Positions 10,643 through 21,078 of a DNA stretch of 64,000 bases are shown piece after piece. The DNA lies in contig CAWEJX010000020.1 in NCBI GenBank assembly GCA_963809485.1, positions 288,001 through 352,000 of the forward strand. The letters run 5' to 3'. Each line of letters opens with the position of its first letter. The stretch's first letter is position 1. The position numbers and the translations under genes were made by a program. This stretch comes from an uncultured Acidobacteriota bacterium (lineage in GTDB: Bacteria; Acidobacteriota; UBA6911). Under the pieces are notes generated by a model that made no database searches, was not told the origin of the DNA, and saw nothing but the letters and a program-made list of their open reading frames with translations.

Positions 10643-10726
10643 AGGGTGCGGGGGAAGCATTTCCCTGCCTTTGGGTCCCTCTGCCTCTTTGACCCTTTGA
10701 CGCTGCAATTTCTGTAAAGAGAACTC

Positions 10727-12031
10727 ATGGCTCTCCTATATCCGTTTCAGGGATTTCGATATAGCCTGGAAGCAGTCCGGGACTTCAACCTGGTCGTCAC
10801 GCAGCCCTATGACAAAACCACACCCTCGATGCAGGATGCCTATTACCTGCGGTCCCCCTACAACGCCGTTCGCATCACTCTGAACCTTGAAAAGAGGGGG
10901 AATCCCGGCACCGACTATGCCGGCGCAGGCGCCACCTTCAGGCAATGGCTCGATCAAGGGATTTTGATCCAGGACCCACTGCCCGCCATTTATGCCTACT
11001 ATCAGCAATACGCCATGGAAGGCCAAGTCATTCTGCGCAAGGGATTCATTGCTCTTCTGGATTTGAAGGATTCCGGCGCGGGCATTCTTCCCCACGAACT
11101 CACGCTGGCGGCTCCCAAACAAGACCGTCTGCAACTCATGCGAAGCCTGGAAGGCAACGAAGATCTGATATACATGCTTTACGCGGATGCCGAACGGACC
11201 GTGAACGGAATCATGGACAGGAGTATATCGGGCAGGCGGCCGGTGATCGAAGTCCGGGATGAGTACGGGACGTTCCACCGAGTGTGGTCCATTACCGATC
11301 CGGCGGCTTTGAAAGGGATCGGGGATGCCATGCTTCCTTTAAAACTGTTCATCGCGGACGGGCACCACCGCTTCGAAACCTCCGTAAACTTCATGAAGGA
11401 ATGCGAGCAAAAAGGCTGGAAACCGGCGGGCTCCGCATCATTCGACAAACGCCTGATCGCCTGTTTCAACAGCGTGGATGGCGTGACGATTCTACCGACG
11501 CATCGCCTCATACGGGATCTTGCAGGATTTGACGCCGGCACATGCCTGAATGATATTCAACGGCATTTCCAGGTGGAACCGGCGGCAGCGCCGGAGGAAT
11601 TGTGGGAGAAAATGAAGCAGGGGATTCACGAAAGGGTTTTCGGCTTCTATCCCGCCGGCCTGAAAAAATTTTTCCTGCTACGGCTCAGGAAAGAGGCGTT
11701 CGAGGACCCTGCTTTGATGAAACATGGCGAAGCCTATCGCGACCTGGACGTCAGCATCCTGCATGCCCTGCTTCTGGAACACTACCTTGGAATCGATGAA
11801 GGCAGGCTTGCCGCCCAATCCAACCTGGATTATGCGCGCGACCCTGAATTCTGTATCCGTCAGGTGGACGAAGGCAAATATCAGGCGGTCTTTTTTCTTA
11901 ATCCGACGACAGCCGGGCAAATGATGCGCGTGGCTTCCCTCGGCGAACGCATGCCTCAGAAATCAACCGATTTCTTTCCCAAGCTTCTGACCGGCCTGGT
12001 CTTCATGAAGATGCAGATAGTAAAAATGTGA
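10727..12031 (+). CDS. DUF1015 family protein
   Basis: N-terminal PFxGxRY/QPYD, PHELT, FIADGHHR, MPQKSTDFFPK. Confidence 0.85.
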   Translation: MALLYPFQGFRYSLEAVRDFNLVVTQPYDKTTPSMQDAYYLRSPYNAVRITLNLEKRGNPGTDYAGAGATFRQWLDQGILIQDPLPAIYAYYQQYAMEGQVILRKGFIALLDLKDSGAGILPHELTLAAPKQDRLQLMRSLEGNEDLIYMLYADAERTVNGIMDRSISGRRPVIEVRDEYGTFHRVWSITDPAALKGIGDAMLPLKLFIADGHHRFETSVNFMKECEQKGWKPAGSASFDKRLIACFNSVDGVTILPTHRLIRDLAGFDAGTCLNDIQRHFQVEPAAAPEELWEKMKQGIHERVFGFYPAGLKKFFLLRLRKEAFEDPALMKHGEAYRDLDVSILHALLLEHYLGIDEGRLAAQSNLDYARDPEFCIRQVDEGKYQAVFFLNPTTAGQMMRVASLGERMPQKSTDFFPKLLTGLVFMKMQIVKM

Positions 12032-12116
12032 AGGTTTTTCGGACCTTTCATCCTTCGCGGCTTCGCCTGCCCGACCCCCCGGGTCCCGAAGAAGCAGACC
12101 GATAGGGTTTCCGGCT

Positions 12117-13664
12117 CTAAAGCTTTTCCGATATGGCCTTGGCCTGGGTAAACAGCAGAAGGTAATCCCTCCCCCCGGCCTTGGAATCCGTTCCGCTCAT
12201 GTTAAATCCGCCGAAAGGATGGACGCCGACAAGCGCTCCCGTGCACTTCCGGTTGATATAAAGGTTCCCCACATGACACTCATCTTTCGCCAAATCGATA
12301 TGCCTGCGGTTTGTGCAGAAGACCGATCCGGTCAGGCCGAACTCGCTGTCGTTGGCTATCCTGATGGCCTCCTGCAGATCCCGGGCCTTCATCACCGCCA
12401 GGACGGGCCCGAAGATTTCCTCCCTGGCGATTCTGGCCGAGGGTTTTACATCGGCGATGACCGTGGGCTGGACAAAATACCCGTCGCCCTCCGACGGTCC
12501 GCCCCCCGCCAGGAGGTTCCCCTCCTTCCGGCCGATTTCGACATATTCGAGTATGCTCTTCCTGGCATTTTCATTGATAACCGGACCCATGTAATTCTCG
12601 GGGTCCATCGCCGGCCCCACTTTAAGCGCGCGGATTTTCTCCACCAGTTTTGGCAGAAACTGCGGGTAGATTTTTTCGTGGAGGATCAACCGGGAACATG
12701 CCGAGCACTTCTGCCCCTGGTAGCCGAATGCGCTGACGACTGCGGCGGCGAGAGCGGCATCGAGGTCGGCGTCTTCATCCACGATAATGAAATCCTTGCC
12801 TCCCATCTCCGCCACCACGCGCTTGATCCAGATCTGCCCGGACTGGGTGCGCGCGGCCAATTCGGTAATTCCAAGGCCGACTTCCTTTGATCCCGTAAAC
12901 GACACGAAGCGGGTCCTGGGATGCTCGACCAGCGCATTACCGACGGATGCGCCGCTTCCCGTTACATAGTTCACCACGCCCGGAGGCAATCCCGCTTCCT
13001 CCAGGATGCTCACGAAAAAGGCTCCGACGGCCGGCGTATCCGAAGATGGCTTCAACACTACAGTGTTGCCCGCTACCAGGGCGGCGGTGGTCATTCCTAC
13101 AAGAATCGCGCACGGAAAGTTCCAGGGCGGGATGACCGCGCCAACTCCAAGAGGGATGTAGCGAAGCTCATTGTGCTCGCCCCTAAAAGGCGTGAGGGAT
13201 TGAGGGCCGGCGTAGCGGAGCGCTTCACGGCCATAAAACTCGCAGAAATCAATGGCTTCGGCGGTATCTGCATCCGCCTCCACCCAGGTTTTCCCGGCCT
13301 CCAGAATCATCCATGCGTTGTTTTCAAAGCGCCGGGAGCGGAGGATGCCGGCCGCACGGAACAGTATGTCGGCTCTCTCCCGGGCAGGCACTCTCTTCCA
13401 CTTTTCGAAAGCCTCACCGGCAATCTTTATAGCGTGGGCCGCCTGTTCCCTGCTGGCGCTCTGAAAAACGCCCACGATCTCAGATTTCTTGCTGGGATTT
13501 ATCGATTGAAACGTTCTATCCGACTTCAGGCGCTCAGAGCCGATCAGGAGGTTATACTCGCGGCCCAACTGAGACTGCACAAGCGCCAGCGCTTCGGCTT
13601 GATTGGTTCGGTTTGACTTCTGGCTGAAATCCAATACGGATTCATTTTGAAATTCCGTTGGCAT
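12117..13664 (-). CDS. pruA: L-glutamate gamma-semialdehyde (1-pyrroline-5-carboxylate) dehydrogenase
   Basis: PPWNFP, FTGSKEVG, AEMGGKD, GQKCSACSR, GGFNMSGTDSKAGG. Confidence 0.93.
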   Translation of the reverse strand: MPTEFQNESVLDFSQKSNRTNQAEALALVQSQLGREYNLLIGSERLKSDRTFQSINPSKKSEIVGVFQSASREQAAHAIKIAGEAFEKWKRVPARERADILFRAAGILRSRRFENNAWMILEAGKTWVEADADTAEAIDFCEFYGREALRYAGPQSLTPFRGEHNELRYIPLGVGAVIPPWNFPCAILVGMTTAALVAGNTVVLKPSSDTPAVGAFFVSILEEAGLPPGVVNYVTGSGASVGNALVEHPRTRFVSFTGSKEVGLGITELAARTQSGQIWIKRVVAEMGGKDFIIVDEDADLDAALAAAVVSAFGYQGQKCSACSRLILHEKIYPQFLPKLVEKIRALKVGPAMDPENYMGPVINENARKSILEYVEIGRKEGNLLAGGGPSEGDGYFVQPTVIADVKPSARIAREEIFGPVLAVMKARDLQEAIRIANDSEFGLTGSVFCTNRRHIDLAKDECHVGNLYINRKCTGALVGVHPFGGFNMSGTDSKAGGRDYLLLFTQAKAISEKL

Positions 13665-13837
13665 GAGGGTCCCTCCGTTGAACTATTAGGCTGATTCTAC
13701 CAGATCCCGGGATGTAAAGGCATGGGTCCCGGAATCAATGACCCCGAAGCCATTCGAATTTGGGATCCAATGGATTGATGCGGAACCCGTCTCCTGATAT
13801 CCTAATGTCAGTTCAAATTCCAAAGGAGAGGATACAA

Positions 13838-14347
13838 ATGCGCTTAAGGAAAACTCTTGGATGGATGGTTTGTCTTCTATTTGTCGTATCGGTTTTCGCC
13901 CAGGGGCCGAGAGGTAAGGCGGAACTGAAGGCCGGACCCGGCGCTATTACGATTGACTTCGGCCAACCGGCACTCAAAGGACGGGATATGCTGTCCAAGC
14001 TGGAGGTGGGGCAATCCTGGAGGATGGGATCCAATCAGGCGACCGTCATCAATACTCCCGTCGACCTGTCCTTCGGCTCTGTGAAGGTAGCCAAAGGGGC
14101 CTACAGCCTGTTTCTTAAACTGGCAGCCCCGGAAAAATTCGAGCTTGTGTTTAACTCCCAGACAGGACAGTGGGGAATGCAGCACGATGCCTCAAAGGAT
14201 GTCTACCAGGTTCCGCTCAAGAAAGAAGCCCTATCGAGTCCGGTGGAAGTTTTCCAGATCGAACTCAAAAGCGCGCCTAAAGGCGGCGTGTTTGTGTTGA
14301 GCTGGGGGACTATTAAACTGTCGACCGATTTCCAGTTTGCACAATGA
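13838..14347 (+). CDS. Secreted DUF2911 family protein
   Basis: Signal peptide; I-D-F-G-Q-P-x-x-K-G-R, WRMGSNQAT, GAYSLF, QWG motifs; RBS aaggagagg. Confidence 0.8.
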   Translation: MRLRKTLGWMVCLLFVVSVFAQGPRGKAELKAGPGAITIDFGQPALKGRDMLSKLEVGQSWRMGSNQATVINTPVDLSFGSVKVAKGAYSLFLKLAAPEKFELVFNSQTGQWGMQHDASKDVYQVPLKKEALSSPVEVFQIELKSAPKGGVFVLSWGTIKLSTDFQFAQ

Positions 14348-14461
14348 GCGAAATCCTTTAGTCTTTAGGCCTGCGGCGCGGCCATTCGAAGGCTCGAAGC
14401 GTTCGGGGGATCTCTCGTTGAATGCGCTGGAATCCAGCCGGAATTTTGCCTGTCGAGGCAG

Positions 14462-14490
14462 TTGACTCGATCGGAACGGAATGCTAGATT
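14462..14490 (+). promoter_or_regulatory. Putative sigma70 promoter of gcvT-gcvH
   Basis: TTGACT-N17-TAGATT with an extended -10 TG, about 30 bp upstream of the gcvT start. Confidence 0.5.
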
Positions 14491-14521
14491 CGCACGCAGT
14501 TGCTTTCAATGGAGGTTCCCT

Positions 14522-15619
14522 TTGACTCCTGTCCAGCTTAAAAAGACCGCTCTGAATGCGATTCACCGCCAGCTTGGCGCCCGGATGGTGGATTTTGCCG
14601 GATGGGATATGCCGGTACAGTATGCAGGACCGATGCCGGAGCACGTTGCAGTCAGAGCGAAGGCCGGCATTTTTGACGTCAGTCACATGGGGGAAATTGA
14701 AGTCAACGGCGCCAACGCAGAAGCAACTCTTCAGAAACTCACCTGCAACGACGTAAGCCGCATCGCCGTCTCGCAGTGTCAATACACCGCATTGACCACC
14801 CCGCGGGGCACTTTTATCGACGACCTTCTCATCTATCGCAAGTCGCCCGACAGCTTCTTTTTGTGCGTCAACGCCTCGAATCAGGACAAGGATTATGCGT
14901 GGATACGAGACAACGCGCTTCCAAACACGGACGTAGTATTTCGAAGCAACGATTTCTCCCAGCTGGCGATACAGGGGCCGTGCGCGCTGGGAATCCTTCA
15001 ACCGCTGACCGCGATCAACCTGGCCGGCATGAAGTACTACTGGTTTGCCCAGGGAAAATTCGCGGGGGTCGATTCCATCGTTTCCCGGACCGGATACACC
15101 GGGGAAGATGGTTTCGAAATATATTGCGGCCCGGCCGAAACCGAAAAGGTTTGGACCCGAATCATGGAGTCGGGCAAACCCTTCGGGCTCGAACCTGCGG
15201 GTCTGGCAGCGCGTAACACGCTTCGGCTCGAAGCCGCGATGATGCTGTACGGCAATGATATCGATGAGACCACCACCGTTCTCGAAGCCGGCTTGGGTTG
15301 GATCTGCAAGCCTGCAAAGGGGGATTTCATCGGACGCGACGTGCTTCTCCGGCAACGCGAATCAGGAGTAAAGCGCGCCCTTGCGGGATTTGAAATGGTC
15401 GATCGCGGCATAGCCCGGGACCACTATCCCGTCGAACTCGAGGGCGCGCCTGCCGGCAGGGTCACCAGCGGAAGCCCGGCTCCCTTTTTGAAGAAAAACA
15501 TCGGACTGACATACCTTCCCTCGGACCGGACAGCCGCGGGGACGGAATTCGACGTGATCATTCGAGAAAAGCCGGTCAAAGCCAGGGTTGTTCCAACGCC
15601 TTTTTACAGGAGAGCATAA
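14522..15619 (+). CDS. gcvT: Glycine cleavage system aminomethyltransferase T
   Basis: [39 protein letters not shown]; TTG start after GGAGG. Confidence 0.95.
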   Translation: MTPVQLKKTALNAIHRQLGARMVDFAGWDMPVQYAGPMPEHVAVRAKAGIFDVSHMGEIEVNGANAEATLQKLTCNDVSRIAVSQCQYTALTTPRGTFIDDLLIYRKSPDSFFLCVNASNQDKDYAWIRDNALPNTDVVFRSNDFSQLAIQGPCALGILQPLTAINLAGMKYYWFAQGKFAGVDSIVSRTGYTGEDGFEIYCGPAETEKVWTRIMESGKPFGLEPAGLAARNTLRLEAAMMLYGNDIDETTTVLEAGLGWICKPAKGDFIGRDVLLRQRESGVKRALAGFEMVDRGIARDHYPVELEGAPAGRVTSGSPAPFLKKNIGLTYLPSDRTAAGTEFDVIIREKPVKARVVPTPFYRRA

Positions 15620-15660
15620 CCGGTCAAACTACCAATAAACAGAAACCACGGAGGCGATCG

Positions 15661-16050
15661 ATGTATCCCGAGGAAAATCTCTACAGCAAAGATCACGAAT
15701 GGATTTCGGTTCAGAACGATATTGGGACCATCGGTATCACGGACTATGCCCAGCACGAACTGGGCGATGTTGTGTACGTGGATCTGCCGGAGGTTGGCGA
15801 CACCTTCGAGGCCAGCGAGCCCTTCGGCTCGGTAGAATCGGTCAAAGCCGTCTCGGAGGTTTTTTGTCCTGTAGGCGGAGAAGTAATTGAAGTGAATTCG
15901 AAGCTCGAAGAAAGCCCCGAACTGATCAACGAATCGCCCCACCAGAAGGCCTGGATGATCAGGATTCGCCTCAATAACCCTGAAGAGCTCAAGGAACTCC
16001 TCAGCTCGGAAGAATACGAGGAGTATCTCGAGGAACAGTCGGGCGAATAA
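15661..16050 (+). CDS. gcvH: Glycine cleavage system H protein
   Basis: HEW, GITDYAQHELGDVVYV, VESVKAVS lipoyl-lysine motif. Confidence 0.96.
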   Translation: MYPEENLYSKDHEWISVQNDIGTIGITDYAQHELGDVVYVDLPEVGDTFEASEPFGSVESVKAVSEVFCPVGGEVIEVNSKLEESPELINESPHQKAWMIRIRLNNPEELKELLSSEEYEEYLEEQSGE

Positions 16051-16193
16051 ATATCGGAACGGGATCCGCAAACAGGCGGAAGCGGCATCCCCGGATCCCG
16101 TTTCCCGCGCCCCCTGCAGATCCTCTCCCTTCCGCCGATTGACGGATTGACTGCAGAGGAATCAGGATTCACAATGCATCAAGGCAACATGGC

Positions 16194-16754
16194 GTGAAAA
16201 TAGCCGGGGCAAAGGAGGTCGATCTGGGTATGGCGGAGGATGTTGATGTTGAAGGGGAAGATGCAAGACGGAAGGGCACCTGGAAAAAGGCGGCGAAGGT
16301 CTCCCTCGGCGTGCTGGGAGGCCTGTCGCTACTGATGGGCTACATCAGCGCCGCAGGAATGCAGGAATCCGAGCGCGAAGTTGCAGCGCGCAAGCCCATT
16401 GATGATTTCTTCGCGGCATTTAATGGCCGCGACCTGGAGTCCGGCCGAAGAACACTCCATTACCCCCACATTCAGATTGCAGGCAATGAACTGAGCATTC
16501 TGAACGATCCGCAATCCTTCCAGATCGATTTTCAGTCGCTCGCCGCGGAAGGCTGGACGCATACCACCCTGGACTCCTGCGAAATGAGGCAAAGCTGCGA
16601 CGAGAAAGTTCATTTCGAGGTTCAGCTCAGTATGCACAAAGCCGATAACGCCCGCTATGCAACCTATCAAGCGCTCTGGATCGTGACCCAAATCGATGGA
16701 CTATGGGGCATCCAATGCCGCTCCATCTTTCCCAGCAGCACCCGGTCCTCCTAG
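16194..16754 (+). CDS. Membrane-anchored NTF2/SnoaL-like fold hypothetical protein
   Basis: One hydrophobic segment, then DDFFAAFN..D...LHYPH and a C-terminal ALWIVTQIDGLWGIQCRS, resembling NTF2-like proteins. Confidence 0.6.
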   Translation: MKIAGAKEVDLGMAEDVDVEGEDARRKGTWKKAAKVSLGVLGGLSLLMGYISAAGMQESEREVAARKPIDDFFAAFNGRDLESGRRTLHYPHIQIAGNELSILNDPQSFQIDFQSLAAEGWTHTTLDSCEMRQSCDEKVHFEVQLSMHKADNARYATYQALWIVTQIDGLWGIQCRSIFPSSTRSS

Positions 16755-16934
16755 CCGGCCCGGAGAGCCGGCCGTATCGGAACGGCTCCATTCAAGAACC
16801 TGCCTGAACCGGGGGGATGTCTTTGCAGTTGCAGAACGCCGGCTGCAAACTTGCCGCTTGCAGCCGGCGACCCGCGATCTGGAACCTGCGGCATTGATGT
16901 CGGAGAATCCCGCATTCTGCCGTCGTAAAGACGC

Positions 16935-18404
16935 TTATACGTTTTGAAGGGCTTCAACAAATCCGTGAAAATCGCCGTGCCGCGGGAAGAGGCTCTCAAA
17001 AAGCTTCGGCGCGATGCGCAGAGTATCTTCGAGAGTCAGGCAATATTGCATTTTGCCGAAGCGGCTCCGAAATTCCGCGACTTCACCCGCCACGCTTTTC
17101 TTCTGCAGAATCACATCGGCAATCATGCGGGCTAGCTCCTCAAAGTCCGTTTCCTTCATCCCGAACCGGGTCATTTCCTGCACGCCCATGCGAATTCCGC
17201 TGGGGTGGTAAAAAGTCTCGTCCTTCGGCAGCGCCTGGTAATTGGTGATGATATTGCTGGATTCCAGCCTCGAGGCGATTTCCTTCGCATCCCCGAAGGC
17301 TTGCACCCGGATGATCACCTGATGCGTATGCGTGTACCCTTCGGCTTCCCCGCCCTCCACCGGAACGCCCCGGGAGGCACACGCTCTGGCAAAGGCGCGC
17401 GCGTTGGACAGCACCTGCTTCTGGTACGAATTCCTAAAAGCATTCATCTCGATCGTGGCAGCCAGCATGGCCAGTTGTGTACCCAGGTGATGATTGCTGG
17501 TTGATCCGGGAAATGTCCGGGCGACAATCTCCGTCCAAAGCTTGCGGAATGGCCCGTCTGCAGGCATCTTCGCGGCGATGATTCCCCGCTGGGGACCAAA
17601 AAACGTCTTGTGCGTCGATCCGGTCACCATGCTTGCGCCTTCGGTCAGAGGATCCTGAAACAGGGGGCCCAGGATTCCCAGCACATGAGCGCCGTCGTAC
17701 ATCACCAGCGGGGCATAATCCGGAATGCCATCGATGAAGGACCGGGCCTGCCGGACAGGCTCCGGATGCAGAAACATGCTTTTTCCGAAAACAATCAGTG
17801 ACGGCCGGTGCCTGTCCATCAGCTCGACCATCCTTTGCACATCAAGCCTGTAAGGGTTTTTCTCATCGACAGGGAAATTGACAATGTGATCTTCCGCAAA
17901 ATTAAAGAGCGCGCCATAAGGTTGCGCCGAGAGATGGCCGCCAAAATTGAGATCGTTGTTCATGACGCATGTCAGGCGCCCCGTGGAACCCAGAGCGGGA
18001 AATCCCTTGGGATTCGACGACAGGAATTTCACGAGTCCTTTGAAGACAATTTCGTTGGCCATCTGGCCGCTCACCGGTCTTGTCTCGACTTCGTTCCCGC
18101 CGATGAATTCCGCGAATTCGGATTTCAGGCGCTGCTCAACATCGTAGATGAAATCAGCTCCCTGGTAGTAGTAGACCTGATCTCCCTTAAGCGCGCCGGT
18201 CCCTGCCAGCGAGTCGAGTTCCCGCTTAAGCGCCGTCTTGTGTTCGGCGTAACGGCCCGAGGGATCGCCTATTTCGCAAAGCTTGACAAATAAAGAAGGC
18301 GTGTTCTCGGAGGGTATGAGGTTCAGGCACATTCTCTGGCGCCAATGATTATTACCCGAGATTTTTTCTGCAAGGTCACTGAGTTTCTGTTCCAATGAGG
18401 TCAT
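16935..18404 (-). CDS. glyA: Serine hydroxymethyltransferase, divergent type
   Basis: LNLIPSEN, GRYAE, GGHLS, YDGAH, STHKTFFGPQRG (PLP lysine), SGIRMG. Confidence 0.85.
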   Translation of the reverse strand: MTSLEQKLSDLAEKISGNNHWRQRMCLNLIPSENTPSLFVKLCEIGDPSGRYAEHKTALKRELDSLAGTGALKGDQVYYYQGADFIYDVEQRLKSEFAEFIGGNEVETRPVSGQMANEIVFKGLVKFLSSNPKGFPALGSTGRLTCVMNNDLNFGGHLSAQPYGALFNFAEDHIVNFPVDEKNPYRLDVQRMVELMDRHRPSLIVFGKSMFLHPEPVRQARSFIDGIPDYAPLVMYDGAHVLGILGPLFQDPLTEGASMVTGSTHKTFFGPQRGIIAAKMPADGPFRKLWTEIVARTFPGSTSNHHLGTQLAMLAATIEMNAFRNSYQKQVLSNARAFARACASRGVPVEGGEAEGYTHTHQVIIRVQAFGDAKEIASRLESSNIITNYQALPKDETFYHPSGIRMGVQEMTRFGMKETDFEELARMIADVILQKKSVAGEVAEFRSRFGKMQYCLTLEDTLRIAPKLFESLFPRHGDFHGFVEALQNV

Positions 18405-18434
18405 GTTGATTCTCCATTTTGCGGGACTGCAATT

Positions 18435-19253
18435 TTACGGATTGGGGTTCACACTGCGAAGTTTTTCGGCGACAACAGCAATATCCGGGCGGCTGGACAA
18501 ATCGAGGACGGCGCTATGGAATGTAAGCACCCTATACCGCTCCCCGAGCGCGTCCATGGAATACTGGATCGCATCGGTCAGTTCCAGTTCTCCCCGGACA
18601 GAGGGCCGGATGCTGAGACATGCCTGAAAAATCGCCGGCGAAAAGAGCCAGCAATTCATGCTGACAAGGATGGGGAAACCCAGCTCACGAATCGTTGTTT
18701 CATCCGGCTTTTCATAAATGCGCTTCAGGCAGCCCTCATCGTCCGCTTTGGCCACAGCAAACTTCAGCACCCGGTCTTCGGGTATGTTGCTTTCGGAGAC
18801 CAATCGGTCGCGATCGAAGAGAGCGACGCCCGCCTGACCCAGTTCCCTCAATGCGGCGAGAGCGGCGGAAGGATAATAGTTGTCCGAGTTGATCGCCAGA
18901 AAATGCTTCCGGCCGGCAAATTCCCTTGCAGCCAGCACGGCGTCCGCCGTTCCGAGAGGCTTTTCCTGGACAGCGAAATGAATCCGGACCCGTTTGGGCG
19001 GCGACTGCATCCCGTAGTAGTCGCGCATGGATTGATGCTCCGGGCCTATAACCAGGCACACATCGGAGTAACCCGCATCCGCGAGGCCGCTCAAAACATA
19101 ATCCAGGAATGGCCGGCCAATTGGAATCATGGCCTTGACGCCGGCCCCCGCAATTTCGATCTGGTCGCGGCTCAGCACGGCGGATTCATCGGGCTTCCGC
19201 ATCCGCGTTCCCAGCCCGCGGGCCATAATGACCGCCTTTGTGACTCGATCCAT
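18435..19253 (-). CDS. Sugar-phosphate nucleotidyltransferase (RmlA-like NTP transferase)
   Basis: ARGLGTRM, KAMIPI, QEKPLGTADA, EKP, RGELELTDA. Confidence 0.85.
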   Translation of the reverse strand: MDRVTKAVIMARGLGTRMRKPDESAVLSRDQIEIAGAGVKAMIPIGRPFLDYVLSGLADAGYSDVCLVIGPEHQSMRDYYGMQSPPKRVRIHFAVQEKPLGTADAVLAAREFAGRKHFLAINSDNYYPSAALAALRELGQAGVALFDRDRLVSESNIPEDRVLKFAVAKADDEGCLKRIYEKPDETTIRELGFPILVSMNCWLFSPAIFQACLSIRPSVRGELELTDAIQYSMDALGERYRVLTFHSAVLDLSSRPDIAVVAEKLRSVNPNP

Positions 19254-19512
19254 GTCCGTCACCTCAGGATGATCATACAACGGAAATCGCGGATGCAGCC
19301 GCAAATCTCTGCGAAAAGGAATCAAAATCCTGGTTCCCGCGCGGGCTGCATCCGTTGTATGCTTGATGGATTGATGATGCAGGTTTCCTTTCTTTTTGAA
19401 CGGCAATGGGAAGCTGGAAACAGAAAGCGGCAATTTGGGTTCCCGCTTCTGTGCCCACGCTTACTGATTGCCGCAATTGACCATAGGGTAGCGCTTCGCA
19501 TGGGGGGCAACC

Positions 19513-20952
19513 GTGGAGCTTCAGGCTCTGGAAATACGCACGATCGAATCCGCCGGAATGGATTTCTGGATGACCAGCGTGATACGGGAGTGCGACCGTG
19601 TGCAGAATGAGCTAGCGCCCGATCCCATCCATGACCTGCGCGTCGCGCTCAGACGCTGCCGGTCCATGGCCGACGGATACATGGCCTTCGATCCGCATCC
19701 AGCCTGGAAGCAAATGAAGGATGAAGGACGGAGGCTTTTTCGGCAGCTCGGCGCCCTGCGCGATACCCAGGTCATGCTGGCGTGGAACGAAAAGCTCGCC
19801 CCGTCGGCAGACGCCGCTTCCATTGCCTTGAACCGTCACCTCACCTATGAGGGGGGCCGCCTGAAGGAAGGCGCTTCGGAGGCGATCCGGCGCTTTAACC
19901 GGAAAAAGTGGCTTGCATGGACGAGGCTGCTGGGCGAGCACACACTGAGGGTGCCTGCGGGAAGCCTGGCGTTCCATCACCTGGCCCTGGAACGCTGGTC
20001 CGAGGTGCATCATCTGCATCGCCAGGCCCTGCGTAACCGGAGCCGAATCGGCTATCACCGGCTTAGAATCGGTCTTAAGAAATTTCGCTACACCATTGAG
20101 AATTTTCTTCCGGACCTCCACGGCCTCTGGGGCCCCGAGCTAAAAGAGCTTCAGGATCTTCTGGGTGAAGTGCACGACCTGGATGTGCTGTGGCGAACCG
20201 CCGTCTACATCAAAGCCTTTCCCGGCGACCCAGCCCGTCTCGAGTGGAGGCAGAGAATTGAGGATGAGCGATTTCGGCGGCTGCAAAGCTATCACGCAAG
20301 GATGACGGGCAAAGCATCCCTGCTGTCGGTGTGGCGTTCGGGACTTCCGGCCGCCGATCGGATCCAGCCCGCCCTGCTGGCCCGCGTCGGAAGCTGGGCA
20401 GCGTACCGGGATCCCGATTCGGCCAGCTCGAAGCACGTGGCAAGACTCGCGTTGCAGCTCTATGACGGTTTGGATTCGCTGGGTTTGATACCCAAGGGCG
20501 TCCTTCCGAATGCGCGTTTCATACTGAACGCCGCGGCTCTGGCGCAAAAGGTCGGATTATGCCGGGCGCGTAAAAAACACCAGATCCACTCTTACCGCAT
20601 TATGCGCAAGCTCAAACCCCAGACGGGCTGCGATGCCGAGTGCCTCCGGTATATGACCCTCGTCGCCCGTTTCCATCGCGGCTCACTTCCCCGCTCCGGG
20701 CAGAAAGCTTTTGCCGGGATGTCCGGAGACGTGAAAAGCCTTGTCTTTATGCTCTGCGGCATTTTGAGGCTGGCAAACTCTTTCGATGTGCCCCGTCAAA
20801 GGCGCATCAACCGTATCGAGTTGAAGAGGCAAGGCGGTGTCCTGATGCTCACAGCCCCGGGATATTCCGCCAACGACAAATTGGCCGAAAAACTCGCAGC
20901 AGCGCGCCATCTGCTCGAGAGTTGTCTCCGGCTGCCTATCCTGATTGGCTGA
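19513..20952 (+). CDS. CHAD domain protein fused to a Ppx/GppA-like C-terminal (degenerate HD) domain
   Basis: IHDLRVALRRCRS, LGALRDTQV, HRLRIGLKKFRY, LQDLLGEVHDLDV (CHAD); HVARLALQLYD...ARFHR...ILRLANSFD (Ppx C-terminal region). Confidence 0.82.
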   Translation: MELQALEIRTIESAGMDFWMTSVIRECDRVQNELAPDPIHDLRVALRRCRSMADGYMAFDPHPAWKQMKDEGRRLFRQLGALRDTQVMLAWNEKLAPSADAASIALNRHLTYEGGRLKEGASEAIRRFNRKKWLAWTRLLGEHTLRVPAGSLAFHHLALERWSEVHHLHRQALRNRSRIGYHRLRIGLKKFRYTIENFLPDLHGLWGPELKELQDLLGEVHDLDVLWRTAVYIKAFPGDPARLEWRQRIEDERFRRLQSYHARMTGKASLLSVWRSGLPAADRIQPALLARVGSWAAYRDPDSASSKHVARLALQLYDGLDSLGLIPKGVLPNARFILNAAALAQKVGLCRARKKHQIHSYRIMRKLKPQTGCDAECLRYMTLVARFHRGSLPRSGQKAFAGMSGDVKSLVFMLCGILRLANSFDVPRQRRINRIELKRQGGVLMLTAPGYSANDKLAEKLAAARHLLESCLRLPILIG

Positions 20953-21078
20953 GAGTTTTGTCGCTGCCCGCGTGTTGTTCGCATGCCGTTCTTCCCCTAT
21001 GCAAAAATGTTCCCTGCGCCAAGCGATGCGCATCGAGGCCAATCATCTGAAAATAAATGGTCTCAGTCCCGAGCCAGA

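Noticed and set aside
14348-14521. Possible glycine riboswitch upstream of gcvT
   Set aside because: No GGAGA...CCGAAG aptamer pattern; a plain sigma70-like promoter lies only about 30 bp from the start codon
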